NCBI GenBank assembly: GCA_963748675.1
Contig: CAVVJX010000009.1
Location: forward strand, 336,054 to 400,053
Direction of reading: 5' to 3'
DNA length: 64,000 nt
Origin: an uncultured Chloroflexia bacterium
Lineage (GTDB): Bacteria > Chloroflexota > Limnocylindria > Limnocylindrales > CSP1-4
The position numbers were made by a program, and so were the translations under genes. This document shows, one piece after another, positions 1 through 9,069 of the stretch (position 1 is the first letter of the stretch; every line of letters starts with the position of its first letter). The notes under the pieces are model-generated. The model did no database searches. It worked only from the letters and a program-made list of their open reading frames with translations, and was not told the DNA's origin.

Positions 1-158
1 GGACGATCGTGCTGAGGTTCGCCCGGCGAACCGTCTCGCTTCGAAGTCCGAGCTCGTCGCGGCTCATCATCAAGGTTTGTGTTCCTCTCCGCCAAATAGA
101 TATGCGAGACTCGTACAACGACGCGGCCATGTCAAGACAGAGTTCGAGGTGCGCATCG

Positions 159-1166
159 ATGAGCGTCCTCCGCATCGGGATCCTGTCGACGGCGAACATC
201 GCGACCGAGAAGGTCATCCCCGGCATGCGCCGGGCCGAGCGCGTCGACGTGGTCGCCATCGCGTCGCGCGACGCGGCCCGGTCGCGGGCCGTCGCGGACC
301 GCCTGAGCATCCCGACGGCGCATGGCTCGTACGAGGCGCTGCTCGCGGATCCGGACGTGGACGCCGTGTACATCCCCCTTCCAAACCACCTCCACGCCGA
401 GTGGACGATCACCGCGGCCCGCGCCGGCAAGCATGTCCTGTGCGAGAAGCCGCTGGCGATGACGTCGGCGGAGGCCGAGCGGATGGTCGAGGCCTGCCGG
501 GTCGCCGGCGTCCAGTTCATGGAGGCCTTCATGTACCGCCTGCATCCATCGTGGCTGGCCGCGACCGAGCTGGTCGCGTCCGGGCGGATCGGGCGGCTCG
601 TGGCCGTGCAGAGCTGGTTCTCGTATTTCAACGACGACGCGGCCAACATCCGGAACGTCCTGGCGTTCGGAGGCGGCGCCCTCTTCGACATCGGCTGCTA
701 CGCCGTGAACCTGTCGCGGATGCTGTTCGGTGCCGAACCCGATCGGGTGGCGGCCGCGGTCGTGCGCGACCCCGCGAGCGGGGTGGACACCACGACCAGC
801 GCGGTCCTCGAGTTCCCGACGGGACTCGCCGCCTTCACGGTTTCGACTCGCTCCGAGACGGACCAGCGAGTCGACATCTACGGGACGGACGGGAGGATCT
901 CGATCGGCATCCCGTTCAACATCCCACCCGATCGCCCGACGAAGGTCTTCGTGACCGCGGGCGGGGAGCCACCGGTCGCGCCGGCCACCGAGGAGCTGCG
1001 GTTCGATACGGCCGATCCCTATGCGGTCCAGGCGGAGCGGTTTGCCGCGGCCATCCTCGACGGCACACCGCCACCGGTCCCGCCCGAGGACGGGGTGGCG
1101 AACCTGCGGGTGATCGAGCGGATCTTCGCCGCGGCGGATCAGTCCCGGGCGGTGCCGTCGACGTAG
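159..1166 (+). CDS. Gfo/Idh/MocA family NAD(P)-dependent oxidoreductase
   Basis: ORF 9..1166. Rossmann N-terminus LRIGILSTANIATEKVIPG and an EKPLAMT motif. Start trimmed to ATG159, which follows GAGGTG. Confidence 0.8.
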   Translation: MSVLRIGILSTANIATEKVIPGMRRAERVDVVAIASRDAARSRAVADRLSIPTAHGSYEALLADPDVDAVYIPLPNHLHAEWTITAARAGKHVLCEKPLAMTSAEAERMVEACRVAGVQFMEAFMYRLHPSWLAATELVASGRIGRLVAVQSWFSYFNDDAANIRNVLAFGGGALFDIGCYAVNLSRMLFGAEPDRVAAAVVRDPASGVDTTTSAVLEFPTGLAAFTVSTRSETDQRVDIYGTDGRISIGIPFNIPPDRPTKVFVTAGGEPPVAPATEELRFDTADPYAVQAERFAAAILDGTPPPVPPEDGVANLRVIERIFAAADQSRAVPST

Positions 1167-1190
1167 CGCGGGGCAACCGGGTGTCGCGGC

Positions 1191-1196
1191 TATGCT
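1191..1196 (+). promoter_or_regulatory. -10-like TATGCT, 7 nt upstream of GTG1204 (leaderless-type arrangement)
   Basis: Sequence reads TATGCT-tcggccc-GTG with no SD. Confidence 0.35.
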
Positions 1197-1203
1197 TCGG
1201 CCC

Positions 1204-2914
1204 GTGTCCGCTCATGAGGTCGCGCCCGTCGAACGGCCGCAGCGCGGTGGTCCGCGGATCAGCCGGGCGATCATCGCCCTGGCTGTCGGCGCGGTCGTCG
1301 TGGTCGCCACGATCGCGCTGGCCTTCGGGGCGTCGGCGGTGACCGGTCCGGCAACCTCGGCCGCGCTGCCGGCGCCGCGGTTCGTCGAGGAGGCGCTCGC
1401 CGCCGGCATCGAGCACGCCTACGAGGGCGAGTACACGTTCTTCGTCGGCGGCGGGGTCGCGGCCTTCGACTGCGACGGGGACCGGCGTCCCGAGCTCTAC
1501 TTCGCGGGCGGATCCGCGCCAGCGGCGCTGTTCCGCAATCGAACCGAGACGGGCGGTGCCCTGCGCTTCGAGCGGGCTGCCGATCCCGTCACCGACCTGA
1601 CGTCCGTCACCGGGGCGTACCCGCTCGACATCGATGGCGACCGCCTCGTCGACCTCGTCGTGCTGCGCCGCGGCGAGAACATGGTCCTGCGCGGCCTCGG
1701 AGAATGCCGCTTCGAGCATGCCAACCAGGCGCTCGGCATGGCCGGGGGTGAGGCCTGGACCGTCGGCTTCAGCGCGACCTGGGAGACCCCGACGGCGACC
1801 TTGCCGACGCTCGCGTTCGGCGACTACGTCACGCTCGACGAGCGCGAGTCGGCCGTCGGCTGCCCCGATAACCAGCTCATCCGCCCGACCGACAGCGGCA
1901 CGGTCTACGCCGCCCCGGTCGCGCTGTCACCCGGCTGGTGCACGCTCTCGCTGCTGTTCAGCGACTGGGATCGGTCCGGCCGGCGCGACCTGCGCGTCTC
2001 GAACGACCGTCACTACTACCAGGATGGAGAGGAGCAGCTCTGGCGGATCGAGCCCGGCCAGCCGCCGCGGGAATACCGGCCCGACGACGGCTGGGCACGG
2101 CTGCAGGTCTGGGGGATGGGCATCGCCAGCCAGGACCTGACGGGCGACGGCTACCCCGAGGTGTACCTGACGAGCCAGGGCGACAACAAGCTCCAGACCC
2201 TGGCAGACGGGCCCGCGCGGCCGACCTTCGAGGACATCGCGCTGCGGCGCGGGGTGACAGCGCATCGGCCATTCGCCGGCGGTGACGTCCTGCCATCGAC
2301 CGCCTGGCACGCGGAGTTCGACGACGTGAATGCCGACGGCTACATGGATCTCTTCGTCGCCAAGGGCAACGTCGAGGCGCAGACGGAGTACGCGACGAAG
2401 GACCCGAACAACCTCCTGATCGGCCAGCCCGATGGCACCTTCGTGGAGGGGGCGGAGGCAGCCGGCCTCCTCGGCTACGCAAAGGCTCGCGGCGCGACCC
2501 TGACGGACCTCGATCTCGACGGCATGCTCGATCTCGTCGTCGTGAATCGGCGCGAGAACGTCATGGTCTGGCGAAACGTGGGCTCCGGGACCGCGGCGGC
2601 TCCTGTCGGGATGGGCGGCTGGATCCAGGTCCGACTCTCCCAGGATGGCCCCAACCCGGACGCGATCGGAGTCATGGGTGGACATCAAGGTCGGGGATCG
2701 CATCACCGCACGGGAGCTGACCGTCGGTGGTGGGCATGCCAGCGGGGAGCTCGGCTGGATGCACGCGGGCTTGGGGTCGGCGGATCGCGCCGAGGTGCGG
2801 GTGCACTGGCCGGACGGGGAACAGGGGCCGTGGCTGCCGCTCGAGGCGGGCCGGTTCGGCATCATCGAGCGCGGCGCGACGGCGATCACGCCGTGGTCCC
2901 CGTCGCCGCCATGA
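1204..2914 (+). pseudogene. CRTAC1/ASPIC-UnbV family FG-GAP (VCBS) repeat protein with one frame break near 2670-2676 as assembled
   Basis: ORF 1192..2940 has an N-terminal TM helix and repeated FG-GAP motifs (DCDGDRRPELYF, DIDGDRLVDLVV, DLTGDGYPEVYL, DVNADGYMDLFV, DLDLDGMLDLVV). After ...DGPNPDAIG the family-typical UnbV end (WVDIKVGDRITARELTVGGGHASGE...VRVHWPDGEQGPW) continues in ORF 2645..2914. Confidence 0.7.
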
Positions 2915-2936
2915 CCTTGTCTCGAGGAGCAGACCG

Positions 2937-4313
2937 ATGACCAGCGCCCGCCTCGCCGAGATCCCGCTCCCCGACTTCGGGCCGCTCGAGCCCGCGCCCG
3001 AGATCTCCGGCGCGACCTACGCAGCCCGTCTGGAGCGGCTCCGCGCGCGCGCCCAGGAACGCGGCTACGACCGGCTCATCGTCTACGCCGATCGCGAGCA
3101 CAGCGCCAATCTCGCCTACCTGACCGGGTTCGATCCGAGGTTCGAGGAAGCCGTGCTCGTCGTCGGGCCGACCGGCGCCCCGGCGATCCTGGTCGGCAAC
3201 GAGTGCTACGGGCTGGCCGGAGCGGCCCCCCTGACCCTGCGCCGCCACCGATTCCAGGACCTGAGCCTGCCCAGCCAGCCCCGGGATCGCTCGCAGCCAC
3301 TGGCCGAGATGCTTGGCGACGAGGGCGTCGGGCGGGGCAGCCGGGTCGGCGTGATCGGCTGGAAGACCTACGGCGATCCCCAGCGGAGCGACGCCCCGTC
3401 CTACCTCGTGGACGAGGTGCGGGCGCTGGTGGGCGATCCGCAGCTCGTCGCGAATGCGACCGACCTGATGATCGATGCCGCCGACGGTCTTCGCGTGATC
3501 AACGAGGTCGAACAGCTGGCGGTCCTCGAGCATGCCGCGTGCCGGACATCCGGTGGCATCCGACGGGTGCTGACTGGCCTCCGTCCCGGGATGACGGAGC
3601 GTGAGGCCGTCCGGCTGCTCGAATGGGACGGCACCCCGCTCTCCTGCCACCTCATGCTGCGCGCCGGACCGGACGCTTCCCTTGGCCTGTTGAGCCCGAG
3701 CGATCGGCCGATCGAGCGTGGCGACCGATTCACGGTGGCCTTCGGCATCTGGGGTGCGCTGAACTGCCGCGCCGGGTTCGTCGTGGACGGCGCCGACGAG
3801 CTGCCGGCCGCGATCGCCGACTACGTCGAGCGCCTGGTGGGGCCCTACTTCGCGGCGATCGCCGAGTGGTACGGGGCGATGCACGTCGGCCAGGTCGGGG
3901 GCGCCCTCCACGACATCATCGCGCGCCATCTGGGTGACCCGTTCTTCGGGATCTTCCTGAACGCCGGTCACCAGATCCATCTGGACGAGTGGGTCAATTC
4001 GCCGATCTCAGCGGGCTCCACGACCGAGCTTCGCTCGGGCATGGCGTTCCAGGTCGATGTCATCCCAGCGACCGGGACGGACTACTTCACGACGAACATC
4101 GAGGACGGGATCGCCCTGGCCGATCGCACCCTGCGCGAGGAGCTGGCCGCGGGCTACCCGGCGGCCTGGGCGCGCATCGGGGCGCGACGCCGGTTCATGT
4201 CCGAGGCCCTGGGGATCGACCTCCACCCGGATGTCCTGCCGTTCTCGAACATCCCGGCCTACCTGACGCCCTTCCTGTTGCGCCCGGACCTGGTCATGAC
4301 CGTCGCCGGCTAG
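2937..4313 (+). CDS. M24 family metallopeptidase (Xaa-Pro aminopeptidase/creatinase-like)
   Basis: Internal ATG of ORF 2727..4313 (MTSARLAEIPLP...). ATGA overlap with the upstream stop. Creatinase-like N-domain (YDRLIVYADREHSANLAYLTGFDPRFEEA) and pita-bread-like C-domain. Confidence 0.6.
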   Translation: MTSARLAEIPLPDFGPLEPAPEISGATYAARLERLRARAQERGYDRLIVYADREHSANLAYLTGFDPRFEEAVLVVGPTGAPAILVGNECYGLAGAAPLTLRRHRFQDLSLPSQPRDRSQPLAEMLGDEGVGRGSRVGVIGWKTYGDPQRSDAPSYLVDEVRALVGDPQLVANATDLMIDAADGLRVINEVEQLAVLEHAACRTSGGIRRVLTGLRPGMTEREAVRLLEWDGTPLSCHLMLRAGPDASLGLLSPSDRPIERGDRFTVAFGIWGALNCRAGFVVDGADELPAAIADYVERLVGPYFAAIAEWYGAMHVGQVGGALHDIIARHLGDPFFGIFLNAGHQIHLDEWVNSPISAGSTTELRSGMAFQVDVIPATGTDYFTTNIEDGIALADRTLREELAAGYPAAWARIGARRRFMSEALGIDLHPDVLPFSNIPAYLTPFLLRPDLVMTVAG

Positions 4314-4366
4314 GCGATCCGGGGCCGCCTGCCGCCCCGGCCGCGGGTCGGTAGCGCCGCGGATAC

Positions 4367-4404
4367 ATGACACGTCCTGTCATATCTGCCGGTATGCTGC
4401 GTCC
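4367..4404 (+). promoter_or_regulatory. Inverted repeat ATGACA-N5-TGTCAT (4367-4383) plus -10-like TATGCT (4393-4398), 6 nt before GTG4405
   Basis: Read directly from the sequence. It lies immediately upstream of the WYL regulator gene, so it is a candidate autoregulatory operator with a leaderless promoter. Confidence 0.45.
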
Positions 4405-5403
4405 GTGCGCGCGTCGCGTCTCGTGAACCTGCTCCTGTTGCTCCAGAGCCGTGGGGGCATGACGGCTGCGGAGCTCTCGCGCGAGCTCGAGGTGTCCGTC
4501 CGGACCGTCCATCGCGATGTCGAGGAGTTGAGCGCGGCCGGCGTCCCGATCTTCGCGGAACGCGGTCCGCTCGGTGGCATCCGGCTCGTCGACGGGTACC
4601 GCACCCGCCTCACCGGGATGACCGCCGACGAGGCCGAGGCCCTGTTCCTGGCCGGGCTCCCCGGTCCTGCCGCGCAACTGGGTCTCGGCACGGTCGTGGC
4701 GGCGGCCCAGCTCAAGGTCATGGCCGCGCTGCCGCCGGAGCTGCGGTCCCGAGCGTCACGGATCGTGGAGCAATTCCACCTCGACGCGGCCTCGTGGTTC
4801 CACGCCGATGACACCGTGCCCCACCTGGCCACGCTCTCGGCGGCGGTCTGGGATGGCCGGGCGGTGCGGATCTCCTACGAACGCGGCAGCGGCCCCCGCG
4901 ATCCGGTCGAGCGGACGGTCAGTCCGCTGGGTCTCGTGCTGAAAGGGGGCATGTGGTACGTGATCGCGGCCACGGACGGACAGGTCCGGACGTACCGGGC
5001 CTCGCGCGTGCTGGAGGCGACGCTCCTCGACGAGCGGGTCGAACGCCCGGCGGGCTTCGATCTCGCGGCGTACTGGCAGGAGTCGAGCGCCGCTTACGAG
5101 CGCGACGTCCCGACCGTCGAGGTCACCGTTCGCGTGCCCCCGGACCGGGAATGGCGCATCTCGGACGTGTTCGGGAGGGAAGCGCTCGAGACGGCCGAGC
5201 GGCTCGACGATCCCGATCCCGACGGCTGGGCGCACCTCCGGCTGACCCTCAGCTGGCCTGAGGAGGTCCCGGGCAAGCTGCTGTCGATCGGGTCGAGCCT
5301 GCAGGTGCTGCACCCGCCCGAGGTCCGCGACCAGGTGGTGGCGACCGCGAATCGGATCGTCGAGCGCTACCGCGTCGCGGTCTCGCTCGAAACCGGCCGC
5401 TGA
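4405..5403 (+). CDS. YafY-family transcriptional regulator (wHTH + WYL domain)
   Basis: N-terminus MRASRLVNLLLLLQSRGGMTAAELSRELEVSVRTVHRDVEELSAAGVPI is a typical DeoR/YafY HTH. Central WYL-like region (ISYERGSG...GLVLKGGMWYVIA). Confidence 0.8.
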   Translation: MRASRLVNLLLLLQSRGGMTAAELSRELEVSVRTVHRDVEELSAAGVPIFAERGPLGGIRLVDGYRTRLTGMTADEAEALFLAGLPGPAAQLGLGTVVAAAQLKVMAALPPELRSRASRIVEQFHLDAASWFHADDTVPHLATLSAAVWDGRAVRISYERGSGPRDPVERTVSPLGLVLKGGMWYVIAATDGQVRTYRASRVLEATLLDERVERPAGFDLAAYWQESSAAYERDVPTVEVTVRVPPDREWRISDVFGREALETAERLDDPDPDGWAHLRLTLSWPEEVPGKLLSIGSSLQVLHPPEVRDQVVATANRIVERYRVAVSLETGR

Positions 5404-5639
5404 GCCGGTCGACTCGAGCCGAACCAGCGCTCGCGCCATCCCCCACGGTTCGGCGACGCGTCACGCGCCAGCAGGCGGAGATTCCGGCTCGCAGTCTCGA
5501 TGTCACGCTCTTTGTCTGCCTGGATGGTGCGGGTGAGCTCGATCAGGTCCATACCCGGAGTCTGGGCCTCGTACATGCCAGGTTCCGTCATGTACCGCGG
5601 CACCAGAAAACCGCTTGACCGCTCGACGTCCCCAAACAT
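5367..5639 (-). CDS. Hypothetical small protein (uncertain; its 3' end overlaps the convergent WYL gene)
   Basis: The 90-aa ORF has non-Arg-rich composition in its first 55 aa (MYEAQTPGMDLIELTRTIQADKERDIETASRNLRLLARD). It sits in a lower-GC stretch. I recognise no family. Confidence 0.25.
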   Translation of the reverse strand: MFGDVERSSGFLVPRYMTEPGMYEAQTPGMDLIELTRTIQADKERDIETASRNLRLLARDASPNRGGWRERWFGSSRPAQRPVSSETATR

Positions 5640-5658
5640 GCGAGCGGTCAGCGGTGAT

Positions 5659-5680
5659 TCGATTGTTCTTCGATTGTTCT
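5659..5680. repeat. Perfect tandem duplication of the 11-mer TCGATTGTTCT
   Basis: Copies at 5659-5669 and 5670-5680, inside a locally AT-richer intergenic stretch. Confidence 0.8.
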
Positions 5681-5911
5681 TCAGTTATCAGCAGGTCTTG
5701 GACCACCGTCCGGTCAGGATTGCCGGCTCCGCCGCCGCCCGGCATCCCGCCGGAGGGTCGACGCGCCGCCGGTCGAAGGTCTCGTTGTCCGGCGGTCCGT
5801 TTCGTGCTGGAGACAACGTACGCGCCCGACTGCCCGCCACCACCCGGCGTCCGTCATGAAGTCGACATGGACATCCGTCCATGCCGGATCTGCATGCACA
5901 CCCTCGCGCCG

Positions 5912-5917
5912 TACACT
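5912..5917 (+). promoter_or_regulatory. -10-like TACACT, 6 nt upstream of ATG5924 (leaderless-type)
   Basis: Sequence reads TACACT-cgaacg-ATG. Confidence 0.45.
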
Positions 5918-5923
5918 CGAACG

Positions 5924-6427
5924 ATGAGCGGTTCGATCGAAGGCGAGGTCATCGGTGCCAGCCGCTCGGAACGCTTTCACGCGGCCGAGCGGCGGATCGA
6001 GCGGGTCACGCACGCGCTCGACGAGCTCGTCGGGATCCCGGGAACGTCAGTCAAGGTCGGGCTCGACCCGATCGTCGGCCTCATTCCCGTGGTCGGCGAC
6101 GTGGTTTCGGGCGTCGTCGGCGCGTGGGTCATCGGCGAGGCCGCGCGGTTCGGGATCCCCCGCATCGTCCTGGCCCGGATGGTCGTGAACCTGACCGTCG
6201 ACGTCGTGATCGGCGCGATCCCGTTCCTGGGCGACCTGTACGACATCGCGTTCCGCTCCAATTCGCGGAACCTGGCGCTGTTCCGCCGCCACGCGCTCGA
6301 GCCGGAGGCGTCGACCCGTGGGGACCAGGCCTTCTTCGTCGGCATCGCGCTGCTGATGGTCGGCGTCCTGTGGCTGATCGTGACGGCCATCGGGGCCGTC
6401 TGGCAGGCGCTCCAGACCGAGCTCTGA
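5924..6427 (+). CDS. DUF4112 domain-containing membrane protein
   Basis: VGLDPIVGLIPVVGDVVSGVVGAWVIGEAARFGIP...IGAIPFLGDLYDIAFRSNSRN matches the DUF4112 pattern. Confidence 0.7.
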   Translation: MSGSIEGEVIGASRSERFHAAERRIERVTHALDELVGIPGTSVKVGLDPIVGLIPVVGDVVSGVVGAWVIGEAARFGIPRIVLARMVVNLTVDVVIGAIPFLGDLYDIAFRSNSRNLALFRRHALEPEASTRGDQAFFVGIALLMVGVLWLIVTAIGAVWQALQTEL

Positions 6428-6618
6428 CCCCGAGACTGGCGTCCAGCCGTGGCTTGCCAGAGGAAACCGCTCGATCAGGCGGTGAGGCGTGCCTACCAGT
6501 CGACACGGGGGGCTCCAAGGCGGGATTCGCGGCGCCACCACCCGTGTCCGTGACTCCCAGGCACCGAAACGTCTTGAAGCCGAGCCTGCAGGGCGCGACC
6601 CTCCGGTGCTGTCTGGCA

Positions 6619-6735
6619 GGCACGCCCGGAGCGCCGAGTGGCCCGAGCGGCACGCTCGGAGCGCCGAGTGGCCCGGGCGGGACGCTCGGAGCGCCTGGCC
6701 CGGGCGGGACGCTCGGAGCGCCGAGTGGCCCGAGC
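6619..6735. repeat. Four tandem copies of a 30-bp unit (third copy 27 bp): GGCACGCTCGGAGCGCCGAGTGGCCCGRGC
   Basis: Units at 6619-6648, 6649-6678, 6679-6705 and 6706-6735. The array ends 2 nt before the desaturase stop codon. Confidence 0.85.
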
Positions 6736-6737
6736 GG

Positions 6738-7715
6738 CTAGCCCGTGGAGGCGATCCGCGGGAAGCCCGAGTTGGCGACCTTCTCCTCGAACCGCGTCGC
6801 CGCCGCATCGAGCGCGGCGAGATGATCTGCAAGGCGCCGGCGCGCGTCCTCGGCTGCGGCGTCGAGCCCTTCGAGCTCGAAGATGCGCCAGTGGCGCAGG
6901 ATCGGCATCAGGACCTCGTCGTGGTGGACCCGCAGGTCGTAGATCCCGGCCTTCGCGATCTGTGCCGCCTTGCGGATGAACCCCGGGATCCCGGCACCCG
7001 GCATCTCGAAGGCGAGGACCTCGTCGACGATGGCACGGACCGCTGCCGATGGCTGGACCTTCAGCGCGGCCGCGAGGATGTCGCGGTAGAACACCATGTG
7101 CAGGTTCTCGTCCGCGGCGATCCGGACCATGATCTTGTCCGCGACGGGATCGTCCGAGTAGCGCCCGGTGTTGCGATGGGCGATCCGGGTGGCAAGCTCC
7201 TGGAAGGCCACGTACGCGAGACCGCGCAGGGTCGTCGGCGAGGCATGGTCGTAGCCTTGCTGGAGCTGGGTCATCCGGCCGCGCTCGAGCATGATCGGGT
7301 CGATGTTGCGGGTGACGGTGAGGTAGTCGCGCAGGACGATCGCGTGGCGCCCTTCTTCGGCGGTCCAGCGCCCGACCCAGTTGATCCAGGCTCCGTCGCC
7401 CCGGCCGAACATCCCGTGGATGAGCCGGTGATACGAAGGAAGGTTGTCCTCGGTCAGCAGGCCGATCTCGAAGGCGGTCTGGGCCACACCCGTCAGGCGT
7501 GGCTGGTCGGGCGTCCAGGGCTCCTTGTCGAAGTCACGCCCAAGCCGGTACGGGATGTAGTCGTGGGGGAACCACTCCTGGGCGACCTTGGCATGGCGGT
7601 CGTACAGGCGAGCCGCCTCGGGCTCGAGCTCCACGAGGAGTGCCTGGTCATTGGCCAGCGCCTCGCCGGCGTCGAATTCCTGGCCGGGATCGAGTCGGCG
7701 GACGGTTGCGGTCAT
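6738..7715 (-). CDS. Acyl-ACP desaturase (soluble di-iron stearoyl-ACP desaturase family)
   Basis: Di-iron motifs TAEEGRHAIVLRDY and ADENLHMVFYRD. AGGAGA SD upstream of the ATG. Confidence 0.85.
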   Translation of the reverse strand: MTATVRRLDPGQEFDAGEALANDQALLVELEPEAARLYDRHAKVAQEWFPHDYIPYRLGRDFDKEPWTPDQPRLTGVAQTAFEIGLLTEDNLPSYHRLIHGMFGRGDGAWINWVGRWTAEEGRHAIVLRDYLTVTRNIDPIMLERGRMTQLQQGYDHASPTTLRGLAYVAFQELATRIAHRNTGRYSDDPVADKIMVRIAADENLHMVFYRDILAAALKVQPSAAVRAIVDEVLAFEMPGAGIPGFIRKAAQIAKAGIYDLRVHHDEVLMPILRHWRIFELEGLDAAAEDARRRLADHLAALDAAATRFEEKVANSGFPRIASTG

Positions 7716-7855
7716 GGCGGTCTCCTGGTCGATGCTGCTCGGCCAGTGCCAGGCTCGAAGCGACGACTGTTGGGCCTAAGAGTACGGCCAAGCGTAACCG
7801 TCGACCTCACAGCACACCGGAAGACCGTTGCGAACCTGCACACGTCGTGGGGCGC

Positions 7856-7861
7856 TAGACT
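7856..7861 (+). promoter_or_regulatory. -10-like TAGACT, 8 nt upstream of ATG7870 (leaderless-type)
   Basis: Sequence reads CTAGACT-ccggcgcg-ATG. The same CTAGACT core recurs at 9677, 46577, 48875 and 56290. Confidence 0.5.
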
Positions 7862-7869
7862 CCGGCGCG

Positions 7870-8655
7870 ATGCCCGAACCGCGCCACGTGACCGCCACTC
7901 GCTATGTCACGCCCCTGCGCGAGGGCGGGTCGCTGCCGGGGCTCGTCGAGGCGGACGATGATGGCCTGTACGTCGTGAAATTCCGCGCCGCCGGCCAGGG
8001 CCCTCGCGCACTCGTGGCCGAATGGCTGGCCGGCGAGATCGGTCGGGCGCTCGGGCTGCCCGTGCCCGAGATCGTGACCATCGATGTGGACGGCAGCCTC
8101 GGCGACGCCGAACCGGATGAGGAGCTGCAGGAGCTCGTCCAGCGCAGCGGTGGCCTGAACCTGGGTCTCGACTTCCTGCCCGGCGCCCTGACGTTCAACC
8201 CCGGGGCCTCACCCATCGTGGATCCCGAGGCCGCCGCGGCGATCGTGTGGCTCGATGCGTTCACGACCAATCCCGATCGGACGGCCGGCAATCCCAATCT
8301 GCTGATCTGGCACGGGCGGACCTGGTTGATCGACCACGGGGCTGCCCTCTACGTCCATCACACCTGGCGCGACCCGGATGAGCACGCCGAGCGGACGTTC
8401 GAGCGCACTCGCGACCACGTGCTGCTGCCGTTCGCCGGGCCGATCGACGAGGCGGATGCCCGCCTGGCGCCCACCCTCGACCACGGGCTCTTCGAGAGGC
8501 TGGCCGCCGCGATCCCCGACCTGTGGCTGCCCGACGACGCGACCGCCGGCGACGCCGACGGCCAGCGTGCTGCGTACGTCCGCTACCTGGACCGGCGACT
8601 GGCCGGACGACGTCCGTTCGTGGAGGAGGCCGAGCGTGCCCGACGAGCCGCGTAG
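7870..8655 (+). CDS. HipA-like serine/threonine kinase family protein
   Basis: Catalytic-loop-like FTTNPDRTAGNPNLLIW and metal-binding-like WLIDHGAAL. N-terminal LYVVKFRAAGQG looks like a nucleotide-binding lysine region. Confidence 0.65.
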   Translation: MPEPRHVTATRYVTPLREGGSLPGLVEADDDGLYVVKFRAAGQGPRALVAEWLAGEIGRALGLPVPEIVTIDVDGSLGDAEPDEELQELVQRSGGLNLGLDFLPGALTFNPGASPIVDPEAAAAIVWLDAFTTNPDRTAGNPNLLIWHGRTWLIDHGAALYVHHTWRDPDEHAERTFERTRDHVLLPFAGPIDEADARLAPTLDHGLFERLAAAIPDLWLPDDATAGDADGQRAAYVRYLDRRLAGRRPFVEEAERARRAA

Positions 8656-9025
8656 TCCGTACCAGTACGCGATCATCCGCGTCGTCCCGCGGGTGGAGCG
8701 CGGCGAGTGCCTGAACGCGGGTGTCGTCCTGCTGTGCCGTTCGAAGTCGTACATCGGCGCGCACACCGAGCTCGACGAGGGGCGCCTGGCTGCGCTGGCG
8801 CCAGAGACGGATCCGGCGACCGTGCGTCCCCATCTCGCGGCGATCGAACGCGTCGCGCGGGGCGAGCCGGATGGCGGGCCGATCGCGCGCCTGTCGATCG
8901 CCGAGCGCTTCCACTGGCTCGTGTCACCGGCCAGCACGATCATCCAGCCATCGGATGTGCACACGGGGCTGACCGACGATCCCGCGGGCGAACTCGAGCA
9001 CCTCTTCGAGACCCTGGTCCGCTAG
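8636..9025 (+). CDS. DUF3037 domain-containing protein
   Basis: YQYAIIRVVPRVERGECLNAGVVLL is the typical DUF3037 N-terminus. GTG8636 overlaps the kinase 3' end by 20 nt. Confidence 0.6.
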   Translation: MPDEPRSPYQYAIIRVVPRVERGECLNAGVVLLCRSKSYIGAHTELDEGRLAALAPETDPATVRPHLAAIERVARGEPDGGPIARLSIAERFHWLVSPASTIIQPSDVHTGLTDDPAGELEHLFETLVR

Positions 9026-9069
9026 GTCTCCAGCGGGCTAGGTCTCCGCGGGCCTAGGTCTCCAGCCGG
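9022..9069. repeat. Three tandem 16-bp units CTAGGTCTCCRSCGGG
   Basis: Units at 9022-9037, 9038-9053 and 9054-9069. The first unit supplies the TAG stop of the + gene and the third supplies the stop of the - gene. Confidence 0.85.
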
